Origin: a virus
Taxonomy: Duplodnaviria > Caudoviricetes
IMG/VR virus record: IMGVR_UViG_3300020050_012045
Coordinates: 1-64,000 of that record
Length of the DNA stretch: 64,000 nucleotides
Reading direction: 5' to 3' (one strand)
Part shown: positions 36,176 through 45,900 of the stretch, one piece after another
Position numbering within the stretch: position 1 is the first letter of the stretch
How the letters are laid out: every line of letters starts with the position of its first letter
Translations under genes and position numbers: made by a program
The notes under the pieces: generated by a model
The model's input: only the letters and a program-made list of their open reading frames with translations
Told to the model about the DNA's origin: nothing
Databases searched by the model: none

Positions 36176-39100
36176 ACCGCGATTGAGATTTGAACGTCAA
36201 CGTCCGGATCGAAGATAAACGGTTTTTCGTTCGCCTGAACTGGAATCAAGTCAGATTCAGAAGAGTAGGTTGGGCTCAACACGCTAACCGCTGCTACCCC
36301 AGATACAGCTCGTGCTGCCGACACAATCCGAGAAATATCAACTGCCGTTCCAAGTGGAATGGAATTGACGGCTGTCGCAACAGCGTTACGGACGCGATCG
36401 ATTGTAGCTTGCTGGGTAGCTCCAGTGCGCAAGCGAAGTTGCAATGAAACTTGGATTCGCTTAACGTTTGGTCCACTGATATTGACAGACGCTCCAGCAG
36501 CCACGACACCTGGATAGATGGTTGGGGCGGACAGGTCACCGTACAGAACCTTGGTGACCTCTCCAATTAGCCCTGTGCTGACGTTGTAGCCGTTAGCTCC
36601 AATCAGTGGGGTAGTGGCAAAGTCAAACCTGGACAGAGGCTGAATGTTGCCACCGAGTGTTTCGCTAATGCCCGACAGCAGAACCCCAGAGTCAAAGATG
36701 GCCCAGGATGTTCCGACTACAAGCGGATCAATCGAAGAATCTGGGTCAATACCGATACGGCTCAAGAACTTGATTAAACGTAGCGGCGACTTAATCATAC
36801 GGATCTGGTTAAGGTTAGTGCCGAGAGCGACAGGACTGACTGCTGTAAACGTAGTGTCTACAGTGAAGACACCGCTGTTGGGTGTAATCGTTTGGACTTC
36901 GTAGATACCGATATTGCTATCTGTCCCTAGCTCGTACGCGATCTCAAACAGATCGCCAGGCAGGAGAGAGTTTGCGGTGTAGTTGCGGCCCGTGTCGGTT
37001 CCTGGGGTAATCACCTCATTAACCGCATTGGGGTTTTCTACCCAGGCATACTGGAAGTTAGTTCCTGTGCTGGTAATGCTTCCAGAACGAACAATTCTGA
37101 AGTATCCATTGTTCGACGATGAAGCATTTTCATAGTCCGTAAAGATAAAGTCACCTTCTGGACCAAAGGCGGTTGCGGATTTATGGAGGTATAAGGCAAA
37201 GTTACCAACTTTGTGGACAATCAACTGGCCACCACCAACAAACGACGTCGAGGTGTTTGCTTGGGTGCTGAGTGTCACTGTCCCGTTGGAAGCCAGGGCG
37301 ATAGTGGTGCCACTTGTTGCGTTAGGAACACTAGATACGGTTTGGTCAGTGTTTTGCAAAGCAACGTAGCTGCCACCCAATAAACTGTAATCAAACGCTC
37401 GGCTGAAGTTAACCTTCTTGAGCGTGACATCCCCGGCTCCGGTGACCGGAACGATTTGGCCATTGAGCGAGTTGGATGCCATTTGGACGCCGCCAAGCTC
37501 ACCTGGGTTTTCTGACGTAATTTGCAGCTTGCCATCTAGGCCGGTAGTTTCGAGGTCAGCAACCTGTCCAAGTCCGGTTACCGCTGGTGAGTTCAACCAA
37601 GCGCTAATGGTCTCTGAGGTAACAGGGACAAGGCGAGCTGGTTCACTAGTGAAGGTTGACAATCCGCCATCCGTTCCTTGCTTGAACCGAATGGTGTTTG
37701 GCACTACAGTCAGGTCTGACGTTCTGACGTAATTGACCCCATCTTTGAGTGAGAACTTATCAACTGACGTACCAGCATAGTTGATTGTTGGAGTGAAATC
37801 TTCGTCAAGGGTGGAGCGATCCAATATCCCTGTTCCTGGGTTGATGTAGGCTTCAGCAGTAAACAGATCGGCCAGGTCAGACGTAACAAACGCCACAACG
37901 TCGTCAGCGGTTGAGTTGGCAGTATCTATTGGGTAAATAGAGATGGCGGTTGCCGAGCCTACCATTGTAGGTGCTGGTAGGTTAGTAACAGATGCCGCTG
38001 GAACAAAGAACTCGATTGAGGTCGGATTTACGGTCGTGATCCGGTAAGTGCCGTTCAGCGTCCAAGCTGTATTAGGTGAGGCGATTGAGATAATGTCACC
38101 AGCAACAGCCGCCGCAAACGAAGGAGGAGACAAAGAGCTAGCAGCTAAGCCGCCAAGCGCAGCAGGCGCAGCGGCTGTACCAGCTTCAGTGTAAGTGAAG
38201 GTAGTTGCACCGGCAGTAGTTACGATCTTTGGGCCAGGAGGGAAATCAACACCGCTTACCCCACTGATGTAAACTACCTGCCCTACTGCGAGCCCATGAG
38301 TGCTACCAGTAACAACAGAGACTACGCTTCCGGCACGACCAATCGTTGAGATGTTTGGAGTTGCTGTGTAGTAACTCATGGTCACTGAACGTCCATTCCC
38401 GGATGCAATGTTGGATGACGTAAACGCAGTGTTGGCGAGAATATTCAGCCCCGCTCTTGCGGCTCCAGATGGTAGGGTGATCTGAAGATCGGAACCATTG
38501 GCAATCTCGTATGCCATTGTTTGGTTTGCTGACTCTGGATAGGTGTAAGCAACGCTCCAGTCGTTCCCCTCTGAACCGTAACGATTGTATCTCCAGAGGA
38601 TTTCCTTAAACGCCTCACCGAGATGACTGATGACCTTTGGCTTCATGTAACACCAAAAATCATTAAAGAACGGCGTCACACCAAAGGAGTCGTCAAGTGC
38701 GGCTCCACCGTTATCGGTGTCGAACACGTTCATTGCGGCGCCCGTGCTGCCTGTCAAAGTTACATTGCGGTACATTGGAATATTGTAGGTCTGGGTCAGT
38801 GAGTCATCGTTCATGACAACAGACAGCGAGTCGTAAGGGCCAACTGCATATGGTTGGGCCAGACAGAACAGATCGCCGCCATCGTTTTCTTGAGCGTCAT
38901 CCCACAGATTGATACCGTACGATTGAGCGCTAGCCACAGCTGATCCGGACGAAGCATAGGTCAGGGTGGTGTTAGTGGGGGTTGAGGCGACTGCATAGTA
39001 GTCCGCAAGGAAATTCGCATCTGCCGTACCGATTGGACCAGAGAAGATGACATCTCCAGTTTTGAACCCATGCGCGGTCGGGGTAGTAACGGTAACGATA

Positions 39101-41958
39101 TTGGCAGCACGAACTAACCCGCCAGCTGCGACCGTAAATTGAGTCACGGCGGATGAAGTTTGTTTTGCCCGACTGGTAAAGTTCGCAATAGACAAGACGT
39201 TCTGACGTCCTGCCAAGAGCTTGTGACGTCCAGCTAGATGTGAAGTGTTGCCAAGAAGCAAGGCGGCTCGCTGGTAGCTAGGTAGACCGTACAGAAATCG
39301 CCCAGCTTCAGCCCGAACTGGCGTAGAGAACACTAGGTCAGTAGTAAATTGTGGGAACGCTTGATTGGTTGTGTTGGTCAGGATGCTGCCGATATTTCCA
39401 AACGAAGGCAAGGTCACTTCGGACGGTCCAGCAAGCAAAGAAGCCAGATGTGGGACCGAGCTTTGATTCAGAACCCCGGTATCAAAACCTAGCAGTTGGG
39501 CAGATTGATCGGCTGTCACCACCATGATGTCTCCACCACGATAGTTATTGCTGGAGATCCGCAAATATCGTCCACGGTAAATTGATGCAGTCGCCCCGGT
39601 CAGCTGTTCGTTCAAGCAAGTGACGATTGCGTCTAGCGTTTGAACCCCAGCTGGGATACGCACTTCTTGGATGTACGAATTGGTGCGTGCAAACACCATA
39701 CCAGAATTAAGGAGTGAAACGCCTGCTTGTGCTGCCGCTGACGCCATTGCGTATCGAAGCGCAAATCCGGTGATTGTGCTGGGTTCAGTCACTCTGAACG
39801 CACCATGAACAGTAACAGCTGTATCCCAAACAACAGCATAATCGCCAGCAACCAAAGCGCCGTTAGTGGGCAGAGTTGCCGCAACTACACCTGTGCTGTG
39901 GGTGAATGTGTATGTGGTCGACCCCGATACACCGATGTCGAGAATTTCTGTCGCCCCGTCAACTGCTACCCACAATTTAGCGATACTAGGGAACGTAACC
40001 GAACCCGAACTCAAGTCGGCAGATTGTGCAGCTCCACGAGTATTTATCGATCCAACGGTCAGGCTGTCTCCAGCTACCAACGGCTCAAACAGCTTCACTT
40101 GGGCGGTGTTGCGGTTCAGGCTGTAGTCACGGTTAAGGCCGGAAGCAGACAGGCCGGAGGTTGGAGTGAACATTCCGGCTGTAATTAGATTCGGAGATGA
40201 GACTGGGGCACTTAGAACAATGCTAGCACCGCTATCTGCACCTTTGTTTGATTGCAGGATGAGGTAACCGCCGCCGTCAGAAGCAGTAATACCTGGGATT
40301 TTGTCATTGAAGACTTGAGCCCAGGAAGCGATACTATTGTTTTTGGAGACTGTCGTGTACCCGGTGTTTGACGCCACAAAGTCAGCATCAGTGAACGTGT
40401 ACGTTGCAGCTGGAGTTCCATCAACAGCCGCCTTAATTTCGTATCCTGTAGCGATGGTTGCCCAGCTAGACTGAGCAGCTGAATCGATGGCCGCTATTTG
40501 TCCGTCTTTGTACAGCAATTGGTCGTTTTTGTACAGTTTAAGAGTGTAGCTTGTATCAGTGCTAAACCCGAGGTAAACGTTAGCGTCAATCCCGGACGAT
40601 GGAACTGATACTTGGATGTCGTCGTTTGTATCACTTCTCGCGAGAAGTGATACTTTGGTTCCGTTGTCGGACGTCCGAGCAGAAAACAAGATGTCAGGAT
40701 TGGAATTGATCGAGCTGACAACTTCAACAGCCAAAGCAGAGCCGATAGCGGTGAACTCATCTGGACTGAACGAGTGCTCAGTCAAAATGCCACCAACCAC
40801 AACAGACAGCTTGGCGCCAGAGACCAAAGAGAATGGTCCTGTCAAAGTAGTCTTAGTGAACGCCCGGCTAACTGGACGTTGACCGGACAGAGCAAAATAC
40901 TGCTCACCGCCAGAGGCGTTATCAACCAGAACTTCGTACGGAATGCCTTCGTTCAGCTCTTCATACCCTGTACCGTCATCGATATAAACGGTTGCCGGCT
41001 CGTCAGCGGGTTCAACGATGGTAACCGAAGATACTCGTTTGTTCTCGTCTGGGGAGAACACACCGGACGCTGCCGACAAGATAGCATACGAAGTTCCACG
41101 CGATTTAGACGATTTGACTAAAACTAGTCGCTGAACAAGCTGGTCATCTGACTCGATATCGGAGCCGGACGTCAGGGGCTGAGGGTTGGTACATGCTGCC
41201 CCTGCAAATGGGAGGCTGGTAAATGAAGTGATCGAGCCTCGTGGTACGTTTCCTTTCGAGCCAGGCTCTTGGCAGATGATAGGAACGTTAGATACGCTGA
41301 CTTCACCGTCCAGAATTTCAGCATCCGAGGTCGTGCTGTACTGAATTGGTTGAGTGCGAGCATCACGGGTGGTTGCGACTGTAGTTCCAGCGGGAATTGG
41401 GCGCGAACCCTTTTGGGCCAAAACTACGTCTTCGTTGATGTTGTGGAAAGTCGCAGTTGGAGTGGTCAAGGTCAAGGTCCAGAACCCGCTGAACTGGGTT
41501 TTGGCGGAATAGCTAATCGGACCTTCAACGTTGATTGTGCCACGGCCAATGTAGATTTGGCCCGTAGCTGGAAATTCCACAGCAGATACAACTCGCAACG
41601 TGGACGATCCAGCGACTGGAGCTATAGATCCTGAGTAGATTGAGGTCGAGATCCGCTGAAGGGTAGTGTCCGAGATATCGACCTTGCCTGAGGCTGGAAG
41701 GGCGGGGTTCTTGGTCAAACCTTCTGAACGAGCTTCAAATTCCAGCGCTTGGCCGGACAGGCGGGTGACGTCACGTAAATCCAGGGCGTTGAATACGTCC
41801 TGAGTGGACCGTAGGTCAGACTGAGCAGCAGCCTCCAGGGCGGTCAAAATAGAGGAGCCAGTTTTAAGCTGACGGATGCCGAACCGGGCTTTGAAGGTCA
41901 GGACTTGGTCAGCCAGGATTTGTTGGTAAGAACGTGGCTGTGGGACAGTGAATGCCAT
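36172..41958 (-). CDS. Giant baseplate J-like wedge protein (1928 aa)
   Basis: N-terminal gpJ motifs (IPAGTTV, PG..GNV..G.I, N.....G.D.ESDD.L..R); gpJ-like C-terminus (V..AVNS..LG..V..S.IV...V.GV). Confidence 0.85.
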   Translation of the reverse strand: MAFTVPQPRSYQQILADQVLTFKARFGIRQLKTGSSILTALEAAAQSDLRSTQDVFNALDLRDVTRLSGQALEFEARSEGLTKNPALPASGKVDISDTTLQRISTSIYSGSIAPVAGSSTLRVVSAVEFPATGQIYIGRGTINVEGPISYSAKTQFSGFWTLTLTTPTATFHNINEDVVLAQKGSRPIPAGTTVATTRDARTQPIQYSTTSDAEILDGEVSVSNVPIICQEPGSKGNVPRGSITSFTSLPFAGAACTNPQPLTSGSDIESDDQLVQRLVLVKSSKSRGTSYAILSAASGVFSPDENKRVSSVTIVEPADEPATVYIDDGTGYEELNEGIPYEVLVDNASGGEQYFALSGQRPVSRAFTKTTLTGPFSLVSGAKLSVVVGGILTEHSFSPDEFTAIGSALAVEVVSSINSNPDILFSARTSDNGTKVSLLARSDTNDDIQVSVPSSGIDANVYLGFSTDTSYTLKLYKNDQLLYKDGQIAAIDSAAQSSWATIATGYEIKAAVDGTPAATYTFTDADFVASNTGYTTVSKNNSIASWAQVFNDKIPGITASDGGGYLILQSNKGADSGASIVLSAPVSSPNLITAGMFTPTSGLSASGLNRDYSLNRNTAQVKLFEPLVAGDSLTVGSINTRGAAQSADLSSGSVTFPSIAKLWVAVDGATEILDIGVSGSTTYTFTHSTGVVAATLPTNGALVAGDYAVVWDTAVTVHGAFRVTEPSTITGFALRYAMASAAAQAGVSLLNSGMVFARTNSYIQEVRIPAGVQTLDAIVTCLNEQLTGATASIYRGRYLRISSNNYRGGDIMVVTADQSAQLLGFDTGVLNQSSVPHLASLLAGPSEVTLPSFGNIGSILTNTTNQAFPQFTTDLVFSTPVRAEAGRFLYGLPSYQRAALLLGNTSHLAGRHKLLAGRQNVLSIANFTSRAKQTSSAVTQFTVAAGGLVRAANIVTVTTPTAHGFKTGDVIFSGPIGTADANFLADYYAVASTPTNTTLTYASSGSAVASAQSYGINLWDDAQENDGGDLFCLAQPYAVGPYDSLSVVMNDDSLTQTYNIPMYRNVTLTGSTGAAMNVFDTDNGGAALDDSFGVTPFFNDFWCYMKPKVISHLGEAFKEILWRYNRYGSEGNDWSVAYTYPESANQTMAYEIANGSDLQITLPSGAARAGLNILANTAFTSSNIASGNGRSVTMSYYTATPNISTIGRAGSVVSVVTGSTHGLAVGQVVYISGVSGVDFPPGPKIVTTAGATTFTYTEAGTAAAPAALGGLAASSLSPPSFAAAVAGDIISIASPNTAWTLNGTYRITTVNPTSIEFFVPAASVTNLPAPTMVGSATAISIYPIDTANSTADDVVAFVTSDLADLFTAEAYINPGTGILDRSTLDEDFTPTINYAGTSVDKFSLKDGVNYVRTSDLTVVPNTIRFKQGTDGGLSTFTSEPARLVPVTSETISAWLNSPAVTGLGQVADLETTGLDGKLQITSENPGELGGVQMASNSLNGQIVPVTGAGDVTLKKVNFSRAFDYSLLGGSYVALQNTDQTVSSVPNATSGTTIALASNGTVTLSTQANTSTSFVGGGQLIVHKVGNFALYLHKSATAFGPEGDFIFTDYENASSSNNGYFRIVRSGSITSTGTNFQYAWVENPNAVNEVITPGTDTGRNYTANSLLPGDLFEIAYELGTDSNIGIYEVQTITPNSGVFTVDTTFTAVSPVALGTNLNQIRMIKSPLRLIKFLSRIGIDPDSSIDPLVVGTSWAIFDSGVLLSGISETLGGNIQPLSRFDFATTPLIGANGYNVSTGLIGEVTKVLYGDLSAPTIYPGVVAAGASVNISGPNVKRIQVSLQLRLRTGATQQATIDRVRNAVATAVNSIPLGTAVDISRIVSAARAVSGVAAVSVLSPTYSSESDLIPVQANEKPFIFDPDVDVQISIAV

Positions 41959-41991
41959 GAAATGCTCTCCAGAGGCAGGGAAGGTGCCTCA

Positions 41992-42014
41992 AAGATTGTC
42001 TATGGGGTAGTAGC
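41992..42014 (-). promoter_or_regulatory. CAATCTT (41992-41998) and GCTACTA (42008-42014) motifs
   Basis: Both upstream of baseplate J; leader hairpin GAGGCA/TGCCTC, then SD GGAG. Confidence 0.7.
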
Positions 42015-42022
42015 CAGACGGC

Positions 42023-44584
42023 TTAGAAGTTGAGAGGGAAGCTGACCGGGACGTTTTTGTTCGTACCAGCAATACCAACTTCAATATTCAGGCGGTATTT
42101 GTTGCTCAAAATGCTGATATCTGCCCGTTTTAGGCCGGAAAACGTAGGGTCGGCGTTGATGAACTCTTCGGCTGACGCTACGATGTCCTTGGCATTAACG
42201 TCGGATGTTGAGGTACCCGGCTTAACACCTACACCAAACCCTGGGTGCTGTTTGAGGGAAGCGCGAGGGGTAGTAAACCCAATTTGGAGCGTCTGAACGA
42301 TGTTTCTGAGCCCGTAGGACAGAGGATTATCGCCTGTTTCAGTCACAACTAGGCCGAGTTTGTCGTCCAAAAGCCAATCAACCCCGGCTACCTTAAGCAG
42401 AGGATCGAAGACGTCTACCCCCGGAATCGCCTCAATATCTGAAGGATCGTCTGGTAAACCCTGGGATGGGATGTAGATGGTCTTTCTGGAATTGACGGTT
42501 CCAGGAAGGAAGGCGTCGACCTTGGCGTTTTCGGCAGTCGTGAAGCGGTCCAGGTCTTTATCGCCATCCAACGTAACCAGGAAATTGGTTGGCGAGATTT
42601 CAGCGATATCGATGACGTGTCGGGCTTCTTTGTTTTGGCTGTCGGACGATAAATACACAGTCTGTTTAAGAAACAGGTTGGTAACGTCATTGACAGCAAC
42701 GGTATTGGAGTCACCGTTCGATTGCATGAATAACGAAACCCCGACTTCGTCAACATATGGCGCCCTGAGCCCGTTCAGGGTAGCTATCTCGTGCCAACGA
42801 TTAGCGTCGCCTAGGTAAGTTAAGGCTAGCCCCTCAAGGGTAGCCCCGTAAGGGAATGGGACAGCGAACTTAGACGACGGCACAGTAAAGGCGATACCTG
42901 ACGCTTCGGCAAGTCCAGCAACATATTCAAGTGATGTTGGAACCTGTTCGATCTGATTGCCACGCTCTTGAAGGTAAACCGTGAACTTGTCTGTTGCCAG
43001 GATAATTTCATTCATTGCAGCTAGAGCATCGAACTCTTCTTGAGCCGGGGCTCGTTGAGTCGAGGTCGGGATTGGCAGGTCAAACAGCTCCTGATAGTCA
43101 GTCGCCCAGGCTCCAATTAACGCCGCAAACTGGTCTTGAGCTTCCTGGACCTGAGCCCGGTACAGTCGCAGGTCATCGGCGGTCATTTTACGACCAGTTG
43201 CAACCTCGGTATCCAGCTGTTGTCTTAGCGCTGGTGCCGCCGAAGCTTCTTCTGCCGTGATTGCCCCAAAAGCTTGGAAATCACGTGGATCTGGAGCAGA
43301 TGGGTCATTCGTTTCCGCTAACTTTAGCTGGTTGTGTAGGTTGCTGGCTAACTCGTTTGCGATCTTATTTATATTATAAGCTAGATCGCGTGTAGGATTG
43401 GCAAGACCGAAGGTCAGGCTAAAGTCAGCGTTGCTGAAGTCTGTCGCCAAATCGTCATAGAGTTTCTTGTAGTTTTGCGCGACTGTGTTGGCAGCTAGGT
43501 TTGTAGCCGATGACGCTGCCTTCATTTCGTTCAAAACCCCACGGGCGAACGAAGCGGGCATTTCCACTATGTCACGGGCAACACCAGCAATATCTTTTGC
43601 TGCCCCAGTAACCTGGCGGCTAACTTCGGATACAATGGCCAGTGGGCCGAGCAGTGCTGTATTGAGAAGCTTCTTGGACGCAATGATGACTTGGCGAGCA
43701 GCCTGGATGCGGTTCAAGACGTCGTTGACGATATTTGGGGATACATTGTCGTTGCGCTCAATTAGAGAAACCGACCCAGCGGCCGCATTTAACGCAATCC
43801 GGCGAAAAGCACGCAAATTCAACGAGTACATGTACTCCATCGGTGAATTTGCTGAACGCTTCATGTCAAAATTCTTGAGGGTACACAGGTAAATCGAGCT
43901 GTCTTTCCAGTTGCAGAAAGCCAACCGGATATCCTTGGGATTCAGGCCAGTCAAGGTGCCGTTGGTTGAGTTGCCAAAGTCATCCTTTTCCGGGATAGCT
44001 GCGGATTGCTTGATGGCAATGTAGCCTTCAAGGAAAGTTCTAAGCCCATGAAACAAAAGAAAGCCAGAGGTGAGGTCTTCGCTTCCGGTGCCGCTGGTTG
44101 GTAATTCGTTTTTGACCCGAACTGGACCACCGAATACCGTGGCAACTCCACCGGCAATTGAGCGGGCTTGGTCAACGAATGGGCGACCAAAAGATCCACC
44201 CGGAGCTGGGGTGCCGCCAACCGAACCCTTGCCGATATTGACGCCAGTCGTACCTGAGAAGCTGATTTCGCGGAATGGGGCACCGCCGAGCTTTTCAGTA
44301 TATCCGTTCAGTGTCGCTTCTACCCGGTCTGCCGATATTAGGGTGATCGACATTGACTCAGGCGGGATAGGTAGAGTGTACTTCCAAAGGGGAATCGGGG
44401 CATAGCTACCGTCATGCAGAACTCGAACTAAAAGGAGTTGGTAAGGGTAGTATTTGTCCCAGTTGTCGCTGCTATTGACGTTGTTTTTCCACGTCGATAC
44501 AAAGGCATCGGCGTGATACAGCGGAAGCTCGTACTCCGTTGGATCTGTCGAGATAATAGTTGGTGAGGATTCTGGTTCAGACAA
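42023..44584 (-). CDS. Baseplate protein with LysM-like and gp25-like domains
   Basis: GATLEGLALTYLGDANRWHEIATLNGL (LysM-like); G..NIVQ...TPR..L..HP.FG (gp25-like); TTG start at 44584 after AGGGAG. Confidence 0.75.
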   Translation of the reverse strand: MSEPESSPTIISTDPTEYELPLYHADAFVSTWKNNVNSSDNWDKYYPYQLLLVRVLHDGSYAPIPLWKYTLPIPPESMSITLISADRVEATLNGYTEKLGGAPFREISFSGTTGVNIGKGSVGGTPAPGGSFGRPFVDQARSIAGGVATVFGGPVRVKNELPTSGTGSEDLTSGFLLFHGLRTFLEGYIAIKQSAAIPEKDDFGNSTNGTLTGLNPKDIRLAFCNWKDSSIYLCTLKNFDMKRSANSPMEYMYSLNLRAFRRIALNAAAGSVSLIERNDNVSPNIVNDVLNRIQAARQVIIASKKLLNTALLGPLAIVSEVSRQVTGAAKDIAGVARDIVEMPASFARGVLNEMKAASSATNLAANTVAQNYKKLYDDLATDFSNADFSLTFGLANPTRDLAYNINKIANELASNLHNQLKLAETNDPSAPDPRDFQAFGAITAEEASAAPALRQQLDTEVATGRKMTADDLRLYRAQVQEAQDQFAALIGAWATDYQELFDLPIPTSTQRAPAQEEFDALAAMNEIILATDKFTVYLQERGNQIEQVPTSLEYVAGLAEASGIAFTVPSSKFAVPFPYGATLEGLALTYLGDANRWHEIATLNGLRAPYVDEVGVSLFMQSNGDSNTVAVNDVTNLFLKQTVYLSSDSQNKEARHVIDIAEISPTNFLVTLDGDKDLDRFTTAENAKVDAFLPGTVNSRKTIYIPSQGLPDDPSDIEAIPGVDVFDPLLKVAGVDWLLDDKLGLVVTETGDNPLSYGLRNIVQTLQIGFTTPRASLKQHPGFGVGVKPGTSTSDVNAKDIVASAEEFINADPTFSGLKRADISILSNKYRLNIEVGIAGTNKNVPVSFPLNF

Positions 44585-44601
44585 GGTGAACTCCCTGCCC
44601 A

Positions 44602-44608
44602 AAGATTG
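44602..44608 (-). promoter_or_regulatory. CAATCTT motif (putative late promoter)
   Basis: 17 nt upstream of the TTG start. Confidence 0.7.
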
Positions 44609-44611
44609 TTT

Positions 44612-44698
44612 TCAACAGCAGATTAGGTAAATACCGAACAAAAACGGGAGAGTAAGAATGGTGATTACCTCGATTGCTAGCCGGATATGGGTGTTCAT
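44612..44698 (-). CDS. 28-aa hydrophobic micropeptide candidate
   Basis: MNTHIRLAIEVITILTLPFLFGIYLICC*; fills the intergenic gap. Confidence 0.35.
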   Translation of the reverse strand: MNTHIRLAIEVITILTLPFLFGIYLICC

Positions 44699-44722
44699 AT
44701 GTCGATTGTCTCATATTGTAGG

Positions 44723-44750
44723 TTGACTTTCAATTGGGATCTGATATTAT
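44723..44750 (+). promoter_or_regulatory. sigma70-like promoter, leaderless geometry
   Basis: TTGACT-N16-(TGA)TATTAT-N7-ATG(44758). Confidence 0.7.
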
Positions 44751-44757
44751 TGGGTTC

Positions 44758-44952
44758 ATGAGCAACTTAAACGAGATTGACGCTTCGGTTTTCTTGGAAC
44801 AGCTGGCTCGTGAGGTCTTGGCAAACATGGATGTTGTCGAGCCAGGCACCACCTTCACTCCGCAGGGTGACAAGGTGGTTTACGACAACTTGTCTGGTAT
44901 TTCTGTTGTGTACTGCCGTGAATACCCCAATGATCCTGTCGTCATTTTGTAG
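44758..44952 (+). CDS. small hypothetical early protein
   Basis: MSNLNEIDAS...; lone + gene inside the structural block. Confidence 0.6.
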   Translation: MSNLNEIDASVFLEQLAREVLANMDVVEPGTTFTPQGDKVVYDNLSGISVVYCREYPNDPVVIL

Positions 44953-45898
44953 TGTTGGTTTTTGATAGGTACGTAGCCGACTGGCCAAAGAAGGTTGGGA
45001 AAGCTGACGGAATAAGTGAGTTCAAGGGGATGCCGATAGCGTCAAACCCCGGCTGCAAGTGAGCCGTGATGGGGATGGCAGCTGCCGACTGAGACAGGAC
45101 TGTCATGCCGGCAGCGATCGTGGTCAGCATTATCATGATTTGTTGCAATAGGGTGTCTTCAGCAAGACGGTAAGTATCCCCTAGAACCAAATGCTCCCCA
45201 CCACCTAAAATGACACCATTGGTAGCATTGATGTTCACCTTCTTGTCACCGTGGCTCAGCTCCACCACTTGGTCGCCATCACCAGATTGGAACTTGGCTG
45301 ACCCATCTTTGGTGACCGTGATCTTAAAGCCAGCAGTAGATGAGCCCTCTTTTGAAGTGCCGTCGTTCTCAGTTGGTCCACGGCGAGTAAGGCTAAGCTG
45401 ACCGTCACCATCGATTTCAATATTGATGCCGTTGTACTCGAACTCAAGGTAGGGGCCAGTTTGAGCAGACTCGGTTTTCTTTTCGGTATACAGAAGAGGG
45501 TGCTTGTAGGCGCCTATGATGACTCCCTTTTCGGAGTCCTTGCTTAGACATTGAACTAAAACACGACTATTGAGGCTGATAGCTCCATCTGTGCTTTGTT
45601 TTTCAAACCTAGGTTGCCACCGAAAAAAATCAGCTGGGGTTCCGAATGAGCACGCCATGATGCAGTTACGGAACCGAAGGGTAGTGTTAATGCTAGCCCC
45701 TTCTGTATTTGACGTAAGTACGTCATACTCGTAAAACTTTTTCGATACGTTGGATTCATCAGTTGGGGCATGGATCTTTACGATTTCCCCAATCAAAACG
45801 GCGTCTGAGTCAAAACGATCCAAAAAAGATGACTGGGTCCGAGGGCCAGAGACACCAAGGAACGAAGGGAGGACTGTTCCGTCTGATAGCGTAGGCAT
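44942..45898 (-). CDS. Baseplate spike (gpV/gp5-like)
   Basis: OB-fold-like N-terminus, beta-repeat stalk, HLVLGD; follows the hub gene. Confidence 0.65.
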   Translation of the reverse strand: MPTLSDGTVLPSFLGVSGPRTQSSFLDRFDSDAVLIGEIVKIHAPTDESNVSKKFYEYDVLTSNTEGASINTTLRFRNCIMACSFGTPADFFRWQPRFEKQSTDGAISLNSRVLVQCLSKDSEKGVIIGAYKHPLLYTEKKTESAQTGPYLEFEYNGINIEIDGDGQLSLTRRGPTENDGTSKEGSSTAGFKITVTKDGSAKFQSGDGDQVVELSHGDKKVNINATNGVILGGGEHLVLGDTYRLAEDTLLQQIMIMLTTIAAGMTVLSQSAAAIPITAHLQPGFDAIGIPLNSLIPSAFPTFFGQSATYLSKTNTTK

Positions 45899-45900
45899 AA

